Below, one piece after another: positions 28,069 through 40,948 of a stretch of DNA of 64,000 nucleotides. Each line of letters opens with the position of its first letter. The first letter of the stretch is position 1. This DNA is from Phoronis australis (Eukaryota; Animalia; Phoronida). The notes beneath the pieces were generated by a model. The model ran no database searches and was not told the DNA's origin. It worked only from the letters and a program-made list of their open reading frames with translations. Made by a program: the position numbers and the translations under genes. The DNA lies in contig NMRA01000205.1 in assembly GCA_002633005.1 (NCBI GenBank), positions 607,273-671,272 of the forward strand. The letters are read 5' to 3'.

Positions 28069-28305
28069 CAGTGGCAGATCTACGATTTCAGTAAGGGGGG
28101 GTTTAGGATTCGAAAGAATCCGAGGCGCGTAGCGCCGAGGAGAAGGAAGGTCGCGAGAGGGTTTCCCTCCTCCCGTGTAAGATTTTTTGGGATTTTTAGT
28201 AGCTAATTTCGTTTTTCTGGCGATATTTTTTCCAGTTTTTATTTTTGACCCTGTCCCGAGGGGGGGTTTAAACCCCCTGAACCCCCCCCTGTAGATCCGC
28301 CTCTG
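28069..28305. mobile_element. ~237-bp MITE, TSD 5-7 bp
   Basis: cagtggcagatctac...gtagatccgcctctg; flanks (g)taaca(c) on both sides; homologous to 18952-19181. Confidence 0.8.
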
Positions 28306-29200
28306 TAACACACTGGCCGCAGACATATTGTAAGTCAGTCTTCTGTATCACTATCAACACTAGGCAATGACCATCGCCTCTGTTGGCCCGAAGCAGAGGC
28401 AATGTAGAGGCTATAGGCGCTCTGTACGCCGGAAGCTTTTCGGCGAATTATGCCTCGCACCGACTAAACCATCAAAGTCACGTTGTTATAAATACCTTTT
28501 GCGCATAGAGGAACACCTTAGGAGGTTGTCGATGTGTTTAATTCCTTCCAACTCGAACAAATACTCCCGTTATCAAACTTTTTCTTCGAGCAGTCCCTAT
28601 TTCAGTTCCCAAAATCGTGAACTCACCATTTTTATACTGCGCACGCTCCAACTTCTACCGCGCTCGCTAGGTGATGTGAATTCATGACCTCAATCTTTAA
28701 ATAGGCCAAAGGTGAGTCATTGCGGTCTTGTCAGTCAAATGTTCGTTTCCAAAATGCCACCACTTATACTTGTCTTTAATTGGCGTTACTTGAAACTGTT
28801 TGTATTTCAATGAATTATTGTTTGTATTTCATAAAAATAAATGCTGTTGCTATAACATTTAAAAGTCTTTGTGCACATATTTGACATTTTAATGTTTAAC
28901 AACACGGCAAATGCACGGCTGGTTCCCGGCAGCACGTACGCGAAGGGCGGGAACTTCAGCTTTCAAAGTTCGCCGGTAGGTCCGCAACTTCTGACCTTCG
29001 GCATGGTTAAAAAATGAAAAAGTTGATCTCACGATTTTGGGAACTGAAATGGGGACTGCTCGAAGAAAAAGTTTGATAACGGGAGTATTTGTTCGAGTTG
29101 GAAGGAATTAAACATATCGACAACCTCCTAAGGTGTTCCTCTATGCGCAAAAGGTATTTGTAACAACGTGACTTTGATGGTTTAGTCGGTGCGAGGCATA

Positions 29201-31391
29201 CTCTCGAGTTCCGAATAGTCGTATCTATACGATTATTTTTCTCAGACTCGTTTTCCGGTCTATACGGCGCTTATTCGGGTCTCTACGTTTATTAATTTTC
29301 TAACCTTTTTCCACTCTCCACGATTATTTAATTCAGCAAGTTCAAATTTTTGTTTCATTCAATACAAATTTGGTGCACAAAAACTTCGGTGCGGACACCG
29401 GGTATCGTACCTTGGTCATAAAACAAGTTAATTCGCTCTAACCCTCTAGACCACGAGACACTCTGTTCAGAACTCGTAATTTAGAAGAGCTATATACGAC
29501 TCCGCGTTATACACGGAAGTCACATGTCATTCATTTTAAAAATTTTATTCCCTAAAATAGTCGGACTCCCAAGCAAGGGTTTACGCAGCGACCGTCTGTT
29601 GGACCATAGACGAGTATCTATGGTTGGACGGCCAGAATGTTATTTTGGACGGGTTCGACGGGATCTGTGTCGGCAAAATTTAAAAAAGCTTGAAATGATG
29701 ACCACTTTCTCAATATTAACGGCTGGTCGGCAGTCGCTCAAAGAAATAGGGGATCAGTAATTACAGAAATGAGAAATTTAATACACAAAAAGTCTATTTT
29801 TCAATATTCCGCGCGCCCCGTGACACAGATCGGTGTTACCGGCAGCTCAACATACATATCAATAAAAACGTTTTCGACGAGTTTCTTTGGCTGATCCAAT
29901 ATTTGGGATTGCACCCTGTGAAAAACTGGCAAGCCGTTACACCTCTTCACTGTGTCTATCCCCAAAGTTTGCGTTTCCGGGGGGGGGAGTAATTCCCGGA
30001 TTTTGCACTGCCAGTGTCATCTTAATCATGTCGTCTGCCGCACAAAGGCCTAAAGAATTCGAGGATTATTTTACAAAACGAGAGATGTTCCAGAAACTGA
30101 CATTGATGTAGGTGCTAGTAGACGACAAATAATCCAGCTACAGATACGTAACGTGGTGATAACGCGGCCAGTCAACCAAGCGCAAATACCCGTACAATTA
30201 ATGAACGGTGCCGAACCTTTCAATCAACAAAGTATACCAACAAGTTGCCGATGTCATCGGACATCGGCATTTTTACAATTCGCTCCAAACTTGAGAATAG
30301 ATTGTTTTTGTGAACAGGAAGAATGGACTTGTGACAATCTTGAAAATGACATAGTTGGTAACGTTCGACAATCCAGTCGATATCTATTGAAATTGATTTC
30401 TACTTGCTCTCCCGTCCAAATAAATCGAAAAACGCACGTGAATCAGTTTGTTTATTATACCTAATTAGATATTGAAGATGGTTGACGTAGTCGTGGTCGT
30501 GGACTCGAATGTTGCGCAATTCTGCGAGAAATCTCAATTTCTGGCCGTGTAAAATTTTGGATGTAGCCTACAGACTTTTTGACGTCGAATTCTGACTAAC
30601 ATTACGAGGGTATTGACTCTGCAAGACATGAGATTGAGAGAAAACGAAGGCTCGAATGTCAGGAACATTTATGATAAAAATGGGACTCGTTTTACCAAGA
30701 CACTTTATTGTCTTTATTCAGACTGTCGGCTTCGTGGAAGACTGGACGTTCCTTCTGAAATCTTTACCTCCTTGTTACTTTTTGGACTTAGTCAACATTG
30801 TCATCTCTAGTATGAATGTCACATTCTTTTTGAGTAAAATGATACCGCTTACTGTTTGAAACACGTCTATTTAGACTTCCAAACAATTACTTAAAGCGGT
30901 GGTAAGTCAGACAGAATTTGCTTCTTTGCACTATTATTCCTATCTATATCATTAGATTTTGCACTTCCTATTATTTCCATCTGCCGTTACTTGATTTTAC
31001 GCAAGTTTGTAATCAATGTTATTCCAATCAAAACTATTTTTAATTTTCCACAAATTTTCCGTCTATATCATTATTCCCTAGAATTTGCTGTTTTGCATTA
31101 TTATTCCCTTCTATATCATTATTAGGTTTTACCTAAGTTTGTAATCAATATTATTATTCCAGTCTATACTATGTTTAAATTTCCTCAAATTTGCCGTGTA
31201 TACCATTAATCCATTCTATACTATTATTAATTTTTTCCGACAAATTTCCGGTCTATACTATTATTCTACTTTTCTAGTGGCAAAAATGTTGGGTCTATAC
31301 TATTATTAGAGTCTCTACTATTATTAAAAATCGTGAAATTTTCCAGTCTATACTATTATTGCTGTCTCTACTACTATTCGGAACTCCAGAG
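29201..31391. mobile_element. 2.2-kb non-autonomous Tc1/mariner-type (TA TSD) element with subterminal repeats
   Basis: TIR ctctcgagttccgaatagt / actattcggaactccagag; TA duplicated (gcgaggcaTA|...|TAattcgcc vs uninterrupted gcgaggcataattcgcc implied by the left TIR); many tctatactattatt-like repeats at 30930-31380. Confidence 0.85.
29379..29460 (-). pseudogene. tRNA-like Pol III unit (degenerate) inside the TA element
   Basis: minus strand tgtctcg-tggtctagaggg (A box-like)...ggtacgatacc (B box-like)...gaagttttt; anticodon arm not recognisable. Confidence 0.4.
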
Positions 31392-31694
31392 TAATTCGCC
31401 GAAAAGCTTCCGGCATACAGAGCGCCTATAGCCTCTGCATCGCCTCTGCTTCAGGCCAACAGAGGCGATGGTCATTGCCTATATCAACACAAGACAACAG
31501 TTAGTATATCACTATATGCCAATGACAATGTTAGGCAATTAATTACATCGCCCTGAATGCCGCAGGCATACAGGGACGATAGTACATCCCCATAAAAAGT
31601 TATTCATTTCAAAATACACCAAATAAAATGGAATGAAACATGCATATATGTACATACATAGGGTTATAATTAACACATACCTGGACAGCAACCA

Positions 31695-32150
31695 CTGCCT
31701 CCGCAGTAGAGAGTGTGAAGCTCCTATAGGCGCTTCATATGCTGGAAGATTTTCGGCAAATTATGCCTTGCACTCACTGACTAAAACATCAATGCTATGT
31801 TGTTATAAATATCTTTTGCCCACAAATACACACCTTAGGACTAGGAGGCCGTCGATGTATTTAATTCCTTCCAACTCGAACAAATACTCCCGTTATCAAA
31901 CTTTTTCTTCGGGCAGTCCCTCGTTCAGTTTCCAAAATCGGTAACTTGCCATTTTTAACATTGTAAGCACCAGGAAATATGTTGTCATACTACCTGGCAT
32001 GCGCAGTGTTAAAAATCAACAGCCTCCTAAGGTGTCCCTTTGTGGGCAAAAGGTATTTATAACAATGTGACTTTGATGTTTTAGTTGGTGCAAGGCATAA
32101 TTCGCTGAAAAGCTTCCGGCGTATGAAGTGCCTAGAGGAGCTCCACTGTC
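31695..32150. mobile_element. older degenerate copy of the foldback family
   Basis: 31695-31941 resembles the left TIR (tttaattccttccaactcgaacaaatactcccgttatcaaac), 32010-32150 resembles the right TIR. Confidence 0.75.
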
Positions 32151-32730
32151 CTACGTCCCAGTTCAACATAACTTGAACATATCCATGAAAATCTGACCGT
32201 GGTTCGCTCAAGTTTCTCCCACCGGTTGCCATTTTGAGGAAGTTTTGTGACATCACGCCTGTTGACGAACAAAAAGTCTAAGGGACACAAATCTAACAAA
32301 TTTCACTCGATATCTTCCCATGCAAATTTGTAGTGGTCATGCGCCACGTCACACGCTTTGCTTAGTGTCGTGCTAGCCCTTGCTAAACTCACATGACTGT
32401 TGAAATATTTTGTGGTTATTGCGCGCACGGTGAAAAAGTTAACGGTGTCCAAAAAAGTGGAGTTGGGAATTCTTCGCCAAAGTCACCATATGTCTCGTAA
32501 CTAAGCTTCATCGAAGATATGTGTAGAAGTAGAAAGGATCAGTGAAGAAAATAAGTGCTTTTTAAGTGATAGTTTTAAGTGTGGAATGTATTTTTTATGA
32601 GGTGAAAACTCTTAATCGGTGAGTGGATTTCACCTTGTGGACGAAATTAGTACAGAAAGCGATGGGAAGTATTGTATCCCCTAACCGGCCAACTGAGGGG
32701 CTACGTGTTGCATATGTCAGTGTTAGTAAT

Positions 32731-32803
32731 TCCCTACTAACCGATTGGTTTGCATGCTTACCGGTTTTATCGGGGTCGCTAGTGCGATTCTTGAGTCGGG
32801 TAA
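32731..32803 (+). pseudogene. highly degenerate tRNA-like sequence
   Basis: tccctac-taaccgattgg (A box-like)...agtgcgattct (B box-like)...gtcgggtaa, tRNA length. Confidence 0.25.
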
Positions 32804-34074
32804 TGATAATTTCAGCAATTTCTAATTTTTTATTGTTGTACAGTCAGACAGTGTCTGTATTCGAGTTCCAGATAACCAATGGCAGTGCTACCTAGGTGTG
32901 TTGGCTTTGCTTACAGTTTCCACAACGAGTGATTTTCAAAGAAATTTGGAACGGGCTTCTTCACAGTTGCTCCAAAACATTCCTGGATTGGAATGTAATC
33001 ATCTTCTGTTCTGTTCATGTCATGTACCTTCACAAGAATTCACAAGGTCCCCAATTTCAAATCCAAGAAATCTGTTGTTAAAGAATGCTAGTTCCCAAAA
33101 ACGACTCTCGTCTGTTTTTGCTTTCTTCCGCCAGAAGGTACCCCCAAAAACTACTCTCGTTTCCTTATGGCATACGTGGGTATGCCTCTACAGAAAGGAT
33201 GTAACATTTAAACACGCGGATTTATAAGTTGAAATTTTGAAATTCCTGCAACTATTGGCATATTGCATCCTGTCTCAATGTAAAACAAGGATTTGTGGGA
33301 AAAGAAATGGTGAGTGAGAACAAATTGTAGTACAAGCAGTAACAGTATTCTCCACATCTGAAATCTTAGCAGGTCGTATACATAAAAACAGGTACAAATG
33401 TGCCGGAAGCGTGCGCAGTTCATTCTCTGTAGTGCGTGCTTAATTGCCTTTTTTAGCCATATACTTTAACAGTAATGTAGAGTATGCAGAAACAAATAAC
33501 TTTTTAGCTTTTAACCAGGTGACAATGGACTTATTTTTAAACATATCTCGTAAACCATTTGTTTATTCAATGATTCTGAAAATTGGTCAGCTGGAAAGGG
33601 TTTCGAAAACTGCACCATTTAATGCCAAACTTGCTAAAGTTACATGTATTAGCTGTTCTAAACGTATTAGTATTAGTTTATTACAGTTAATTAATGAATT
33701 TATTATTTTGTTCATCAGCAAAGTTTCAATTTCACAATATGTCCCTTACATTTTACATTTTGATACTTACTTTATATTGATAAATCTGATTAGCTTTAGT
33801 GTTACAAACATTTTTGTTATACTTTGTTACAAAAATGGTATTAAATAACCTAATTATTTTCAATTATGTCATGTTGACTTTATCATCTTGCAAAAATACT
33901 GGCGAAATATCAATGTCGTTATCAAGTCATATGTTAAATAAGTTGAAGGAATAAAATTTCACTTGTCTGCCATATTTTGTAGTCATTTGGTGAAGTTTTG
34001 TCTTCGTCTCTTGCACCTACATCATGCTCATGTATTCTTTCAGTATCTGATTTTTGCCATCTGTTTTCTGTAGG

Positions 34075-36008
34075 ATGTCTGCAATTCTGTGCACTGTCCG
34101 ACAGTGCGCCAGATCTGTCATTCAGGTGCCCTTGACCTCTGTGAACGTCTTACGTCATGCGTGGGCAGCTGGCTGCCGACAGTATTCCGATGACACTAGT
34201 TTCAAGGAATACACCCCGGAACCCTTCAATGTCCCCCCTCGAAAATACTATGGCTACGAATACAAAGGCTTTACCGGAGGTGAGTTCTGAAGGTTTCCGT
34301 TGGTTGCCTCAACTGTTGTTAACAAAGCCTGGAATGTGGATACAAATTTGTTGACAAATCTACATGGGTGGGAACAATTCAATGGTGGTGCCTATAAATT
34401 TAAGCTACGATTCCTGTAACTCCAGCTGCGGACTAGGACATAGTAAGCCCGCGGCATTCCATAACCGCGCTCGTGAACTCCACGCCTACCCCACAGATAC
34501 TCCTTAGCTGGTGACCAACCTCCATAACTTAGCTCAGAGGATCAGATTCCTCATTGTTTTGTTCATCAGGTATGGAGTCTGGTCTCTGCGTATTGAATAT
34601 TGGCAGCTTATGTGCAGATATGAAATTTGTACCACAAGACTGGTGTTTTCGGTCTGGAACTGGAGCTCAGGTGTCCGAAGCTGGAATGTCTTGTTTCCAC
34701 CCCTTCTTACAGCAGCGATACAAAAGTTCATGAGTTTTAGGCTGAAAGTTAGTGTCAATAACATACTTTTGTGTAAAATTCAGAATATGGAAAAATACAG
34801 ATTACAGGTCTTAAGTGTGAATGAGTAATGTTTCACCTTTTTTGGCAGGTTTCAGTGCCCACCTGACTGGTCTGTTCATATCCATTTGTTAACTGGGCTT
34901 TATTGCAAGCGAATGTGCGAAACGGTACAGCTTTTACAGTGTCATCTGACAAATTATGTACCACAGGAAACTTTAAGTGCAATAGCCTACTGTGGAAAGA
35001 TAATTTTTTTACTGCGTTAAGATTAAACGAAATTGATTTTAGAAAATCGACAGAAACTATATTGCTATTCTATAACAGCAACACTACACTTGTGCTTTGT
35101 TTGTTGCAGGACCACTACCACGGATAAAAGACAGAGCCGTGAGATCTCTTCCACAGTATAAGCCCAAAAACAATTGGTCCGAAGAGAAGGCTCTCTTTGG
35201 TCAAAATGACTACATAGGTACAGTCCCTGTTCTTACTGGTGGCTGAAGTGAGATTGTCTGGACTTGTGTAGCAAGCTGATAGCTAGTCGCTCTGTCATGT
35301 AGCAACTTGTCTGTTTTCCATGTGGCGAGTTGTTTGTTTTGATTTTGTTTTTGTCACACCAAGTTGATTCCCACATCTCAGATTCAGCTCTCCTCTTTTC
35401 TGAGGTAGATCGACGCATTACGTGGTTGAGCTTGTTTTCAGAATTTCAATGTGTGGGGCTGCTAACACATGTCTGAGCCAAGTTGGAGAAGTGAAGAACA
35501 ATCTATCGTGCCTTACTTAGCTTTTCAGATTTGTTGAAGTTCGTATTGCTTCTTGATATGCAGCAGTAAAATTATTGGCATCAAACTGATAAATGGGAAT
35601 CTATGAAAATGTATGGCTTTATTATATTTGCAATATTTTCTCAGTTTTGTTTGCTATTTCTGGACGTTATGCAACACTGAACAGGATTGTGGGAAATAAA
35701 TCTTCTAGAAAACTTCAAAACAAAGGAATTTTTTTTTAAATTTTCTTTTTAAAGCGCAGTGTGATTCAGTAATTGTGGTTATCAATTTTGCAGATATCCT
35801 CGGGGATGGTAATATCCAACCTAAAGACCTCATCAAGGGTCCACCGCACCTGATTGGTTGGAGAGGAACTGAACTGCAGCGCTATATTCGACAAATGAAA
35901 TTTGAAGGACGTCGGTTGTATACCCACGAGCCAACAAAGTGGCACGAACTGAATAAAAACATTAAGTATTTGATGAAGAAGTGGAACCGAAGACGGAAGC
36001 GGCGGTAG
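34075..36008 (+). CDS. MRPL51: mitochondrial ribosomal protein mL51, 175 aa; exons 34075-34279, 35110-35217, 35794-36008
   Basis: Arg-rich presequence; GPLPR...WSEEKALFGQNDYIDILGDG...IKGPPHLIGWRGTELQR...LNKNIKYLMKKWNR; all junctions GT-AG and phase-1 compatible. Confidence 0.92.
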
Positions 36009-37273
36009 GAGATTTTTCAAAAACCAAATTCCTGGTTGGACATAGGACAACTAAATATTTTAGTGGAACAGAAACCTGCAGTGTATAGGGAAAAGAATCT
36101 GTCTGTAGCTAAGGAGTGTGTTATCTTTGTGAAGGTAAACTGGAAGGACATCTGGCTGCAGCGATTGCCTTCGATCATGGAATTTTGATTTTGGGACTAC
36201 AAGCCGATACATCATTCACAGTTAGCCATTTATGATACAAATCTTTGTATTTATTTGTTTTTATTTTAGATGTAAATATAAAGATCATGACTTGACTTTT
36301 ATCGTATTTTGACTAAACTCACTTCTACTTAATTGTGGATCAACTTCTCGCATCTCCAAAGCGTCTGCGAAGAAAGAGGACAGAGGCTTGTTCTAGTGAA
36401 AAAAATGTATTCCAGTAAAGGAAATTAAGGGTTTGTATCTTCATTATTTGAATTGAATCTAAAAAATGAATCATGATAAAAATTATCATGCCGAATCAAA
36501 ATTGCAAGTTATTCTTTTGGGCAATATAAATGAAGAATTGTGTAGTTATTAAAATTTTCAAGAGATGCAGAGCAAGTTAGTGGGAGAACAGTGGAGGACC
36601 TCTGGTGGTTACACTGCAAGTTATTGTCATTACTTAACTCGCCTTCCGGTGACTGAAGTCTTGCATCAGATAGAACTGTTACAGTTGTTCACTTAAAGGC
36701 CGAGTACTGATAGGTTCTGATTACTGGGAATGAGTACTTGTCATTTCATCCTACGTCCACAAACTATAAGTAGCTCAAAATTGTGTTGCTGATGTTTGGA
36801 AGTCCATTGTCATTTGAGATTATTAAAATTGGAAAGCTGTTGGACATGCTCCATGTAGTACAAAATCCTTCCAGTCTGAAATGCACACTTTTTGAGAAAT
36901 GATTACCGTGGAAAAGGAAACCGTAAAAAAGGATAAGTTTTGATAAGATTCCAACATTTTTATTACACTTTTTTAACCTTTAACAACAACAAAAACAATA
37001 GTACCAAAGATTAAACAAATTTATAAGAGAAATTCTTTCATGTTTAATCCAAGGTCAAATGCCCAGTCATAGCAGAGACTGCTACATCGTGTGCTATAAC
37101 TTCACTTAGTGTATTATGGAGATTACTGTTAAGCCAGACTATAAGTTTTACCCTTTATTAAAACATAGCATTGCATTGGCTAGCTGCTTGCTATGACTGG
37201 ACCTACAACCTTAGATGAAATGAGTGCCTCCCAAGAGGTAGTTTTTTGATAGCAGTGTTAGTACCTGCTTTAA

Positions 37274-40140
37274 AGCAACTAAGAAGTGATACATAATGAA
37301 CATTAGTAACGTATTGATCTACGAAACTTTTAAAACCATGGACATTCATTCATCTGGGAATACTAATAATAAATAAAAATTACGAATCTTTTCTTTCACA
37401 CAACTGTTGATCTATTACCATAAATAATTAAATCAAAAGTTTTACAGAGGAAAAGATTAGTAATTTATCATTCATATAATAAGTTTTACTTCAAACAAAT
37501 ACAATTTGACAAAGCAGTACGCACATTTTTAGTAAACTTAGTAACCAATTATGCTCTGTTATTCATATACCAACAAAACAATAACCCGAAGTAACAATAA
37601 AGGCTGTTTAAATACAAATCTTGATTTAATAACAAAATAATTCTAATAAGGAATATCTACCCAAGATGCTGCAACAACTACTCCACAATACCTAACATCA
37701 CGGAAGCACATGGACTATGCACATAACTGCTAACCACTCGGCCCAAAAAAATCGCCTCTCAATTTCTTTTCGAATTAAAAGTTCTCATATAAAGCACAAA
37801 AATAGTCATAACTAGACATCTTTACCAATAGCTACATATAAGTGGAAGTCATTCCGCAGAAAACTTGCAAAACGTTACAGGCTAATGAACATGAACCAGA
37901 TCACATTTTGATCTAGCATTTAGACAGAGGGTTAAGTTGCTAAATCATTCATTCCATGTCAATGACATAGTTAGTCTACAACATGTGATCTTTAGCAGTC
38001 GGATCTTTCCAGTAGGAATACACATACATCTAACTTCATGAAGATCCATCAAGAAATTTGGTAGATATTACGGTAGGTCCACAAAAACAAAAATTCCACT
38101 ATTGCATGCTATAGTAATTGACACTGTCCTCAATGGGATCGCAGATGCTAAATTTCATACAGATCCATGAGAGAATTTGGTCGATGTTGTGACAGACACG
38201 AAAAAATTGCCACTGGAGACATCAGAATAGACTTGCTCCAAAATTACTGTTCATAAGGCTCTCCTCAATAGGAACACGCATATGGCAGCTTTCAGGATTC
38301 TTCAACAGGTTTGGCAGACAGGGAGGTGGAAGTTTACTGCCAAACACTAAGGGGTACAGAATAGATTGAATCTGTAAGAAATTGGATACGGCGATGCCAT
38401 CATCTCCATCACAAAAACTTATGTGCCAAATTTCACGAAGCTTTAAGGAACTTGGGAAAGAAATCTAAATTGCCACAAGATGGTGCCACAGTAGTCAGAC
38501 TTATTCCAAAAATGAATGTCAACTTTGCTCTCCTCAACATGAAGTATATGTTAAATACAAATTTCACAAAGATCCATCAAGGAACTTGGTGGATATCAAG
38601 GCAGAGGCAAAAATCTAAATTTCTAGTTCAGGGATGCCACAGTAGTCGGGCCCGTTTGGAAAGCAACATCAGACGCGCTCTACTGAATGGAAACTTGTAG
38701 GCAGATATNAGCAACTAAGAAGTGATACATAATGAACATTAGTAACGTATTGATCTACGAAACTTTTAAAACCATGGACATTCATTCATCTGGGAATACT
38801 AATAATAAATAAAAATTACGAATCTTTTCTTTCACACAACTGTTGATCTATTACCATAAATAATTAAGTCAAAAGTTTTACGGAGGAAAAGATTAGTAAT
38901 TTATCATTCATATAATAAGTTTTACTTCAAACGAATACAATTTGACAAAGCAGTACGCACATTTTTAGTAAACTTAGTAACCAATTATGCTCTGTTATTC
39001 ATATACCAACAAAACAATAACCCGAAGTAACAATAAAGGCTGTTATACAAATCTTTGATTTAATAACAAAATAATTCTAATAAGAAATATCTACCCAAGA
39101 TGCTGCAACAACTACTCCACAATACCTAACATCACGGAAGCACATGGACTATGCACATAACTGCTAACCACTCGGCCCAAAAAATCGCCTCTCAATTTCT
39201 TTTCGAATTAAAAGTTCTCATATAAAGCACAAAAATAGTCATAACTAGACATCTTTACCAATAGCTACATATAAGTGGAAGTCATTCCGCAGAAAACTTG
39301 TGAAACGTTACGGGCCAATGAACATGAACCAGATCACATTTTGATCTAGCATTTAGAAAGAGGGTTAAGTTGCTAAATCATTCATTCCATGTCAATGACA
39401 TAGTTAGTCTACAACATGTGATCTACAGCAGTCGGATCTTTCCAGTAGGAATACACATACATCTAACTTCATGAAGATCCATCAAGAAATTTGGTCGATG
39501 TTACGGTAGGTCCAAAAAACAAAAATTCCATTATTGAATGCTATAGTAATTGGCACTGTCCTCAATGGAATCGCAGATGCTAAATTTCATACAGATCCAT
39601 GAGAGAATTTGGTCGATGTTGTGACAGACACAAAAAAATTGCCATTGGGGACATCAGAATAGACTTGTTCCAAAATTACTGTTCGTCAGGTTCTCCTCAA
39701 TAGGAACACGCATACGGCAGCTTTCAGGATTCTTCAACAGGTTTGGCAGACAGGGAGGTGGAAGTTTACAATCAAACACTAAGGGGTACAGAATAGATTG
39801 AATCTATAAGAAATTGGATACGGCGATGCCATCATCTCCGTCACAAAAACTTATGTGCCAAATTTCACGAAGCTTTAAGGAGCTTGGAAAAGAAATCTAA
39901 ATTGCCACAAGATGGTGCCACAGTAGTCAGACTTATTCCAAAAATCAATGTCAACTTTGCTCTCCTCAACATGAAGTATATGTTAAATACAAATTTCACA
40001 AAGATCCATCAAGGAACTTGGTGGATATCAAGGCAGAGGCAAAAATCTAAATTTCTAGTTCAGGGATGCCACAGTAGTCTGGCCCGTTTGGAAAGCAACA
40101 TCAGACGCGCTCTACTGAATGGAAACTTGTAGGCAGATAT
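37274..40140. repeat. near-identical ~1.43-kb tandem copies joined by N at 38709 (probable uncollapsed haplotypes)
   Basis: 37274-38708 vs 38710-40140, scattered SNPs and small indels; duplicated ORFs 38452 and 39884. Confidence 0.9.
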
Positions 40141-40948
40141 CGAGGCAGAAAACAAACAAAAAAATTGTCACTAGGAGGCACAACGGTAATTGAAATTAGC
40201 CAAAAATCAACAACAAATGTGACAGCTCAATAGGAAGAAATCTACCAAATTTCATAATGATGAGCAGCTTAGCAAAGAGGTGGACATCAAACTCAGACTT
40301 GAAAATAATTAAAATGGCCACTAGGTTTACAAAAAAATGAAGAATCCATCACAAATTGGAAAGGCGTCAGTCGTCTCAATAAAAATACATAAAAATTCAT
40401 CAAGGAACTTAGTAGATGTAGAGAAAAACACAAAACTGCACAACTGGACATTGCACAATTGGACACAGCAGGAGTTGGATCCGTGTGAAAGTCATCATCA
40501 CCATGGTAGTTGCAAGGTTTCCAGAAATACATCCAACAAATTTCGTACGTGAAAGGGATTTCGAACAGACAGCAGTCAACGCCTCATGCCCATCAGATGG
40601 AGATAACAGCAATATGCACCCAAATACATATACTGGAACATAAAAGTGAGACCAGCTCTGCCTCGAGACAGATTCTTAGCAGTCATATTATAATACATCC
40701 TCAAGTAAATATAGCAGTCTTAAGTCCTCTGGCCCAAACAAGCACAGTTAATAGAAGTACTCATATCTTGTTCAATAATACAATTGTTACTTTCCAACAA
40801 TGTACACATGATACGGCAACTCACATGTACAGTTGGAATATCCTGGGAGTAACAGAGGACCGACATTCTCAATAGTGTAACTTCTATGCGCGGTTCTGAG
40901 CACTCAACAGTGGGCTTACATTGCTTTCCGTCCACCTATTGTGATCAG

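Larger units (their letters stand above)
28361..31481. mobile_element. non-autonomous foldback/Mutator-like element with ~260-bp TIRs and 9-bp TSD; right TIR interrupted by a nested insertion
   Basis: left TIR 28361-28620; right TIR 29029-29200 + 31394-31481; TSD tatcaacac at 28352-28360 and 31482-31490. Confidence 0.9.

Noticed and set aside
29500-30900. Transposase remnant inside the TA element
   Set aside because: No DDE/D or HTH motif recognisable in the listed ORFs or by eye.
28367-32256. Similar short ORFs (…YKYLL…SNSNKYSRYQTFSS…) suggesting a peptide family
   Set aside because: The similarity comes from non-coding transposon TIR copies.
38452-40132. Pair of near-identical 82-aa ORFs
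   Set aside because: They lie in the N-joined duplication within a degenerate repeat; no coding signal.
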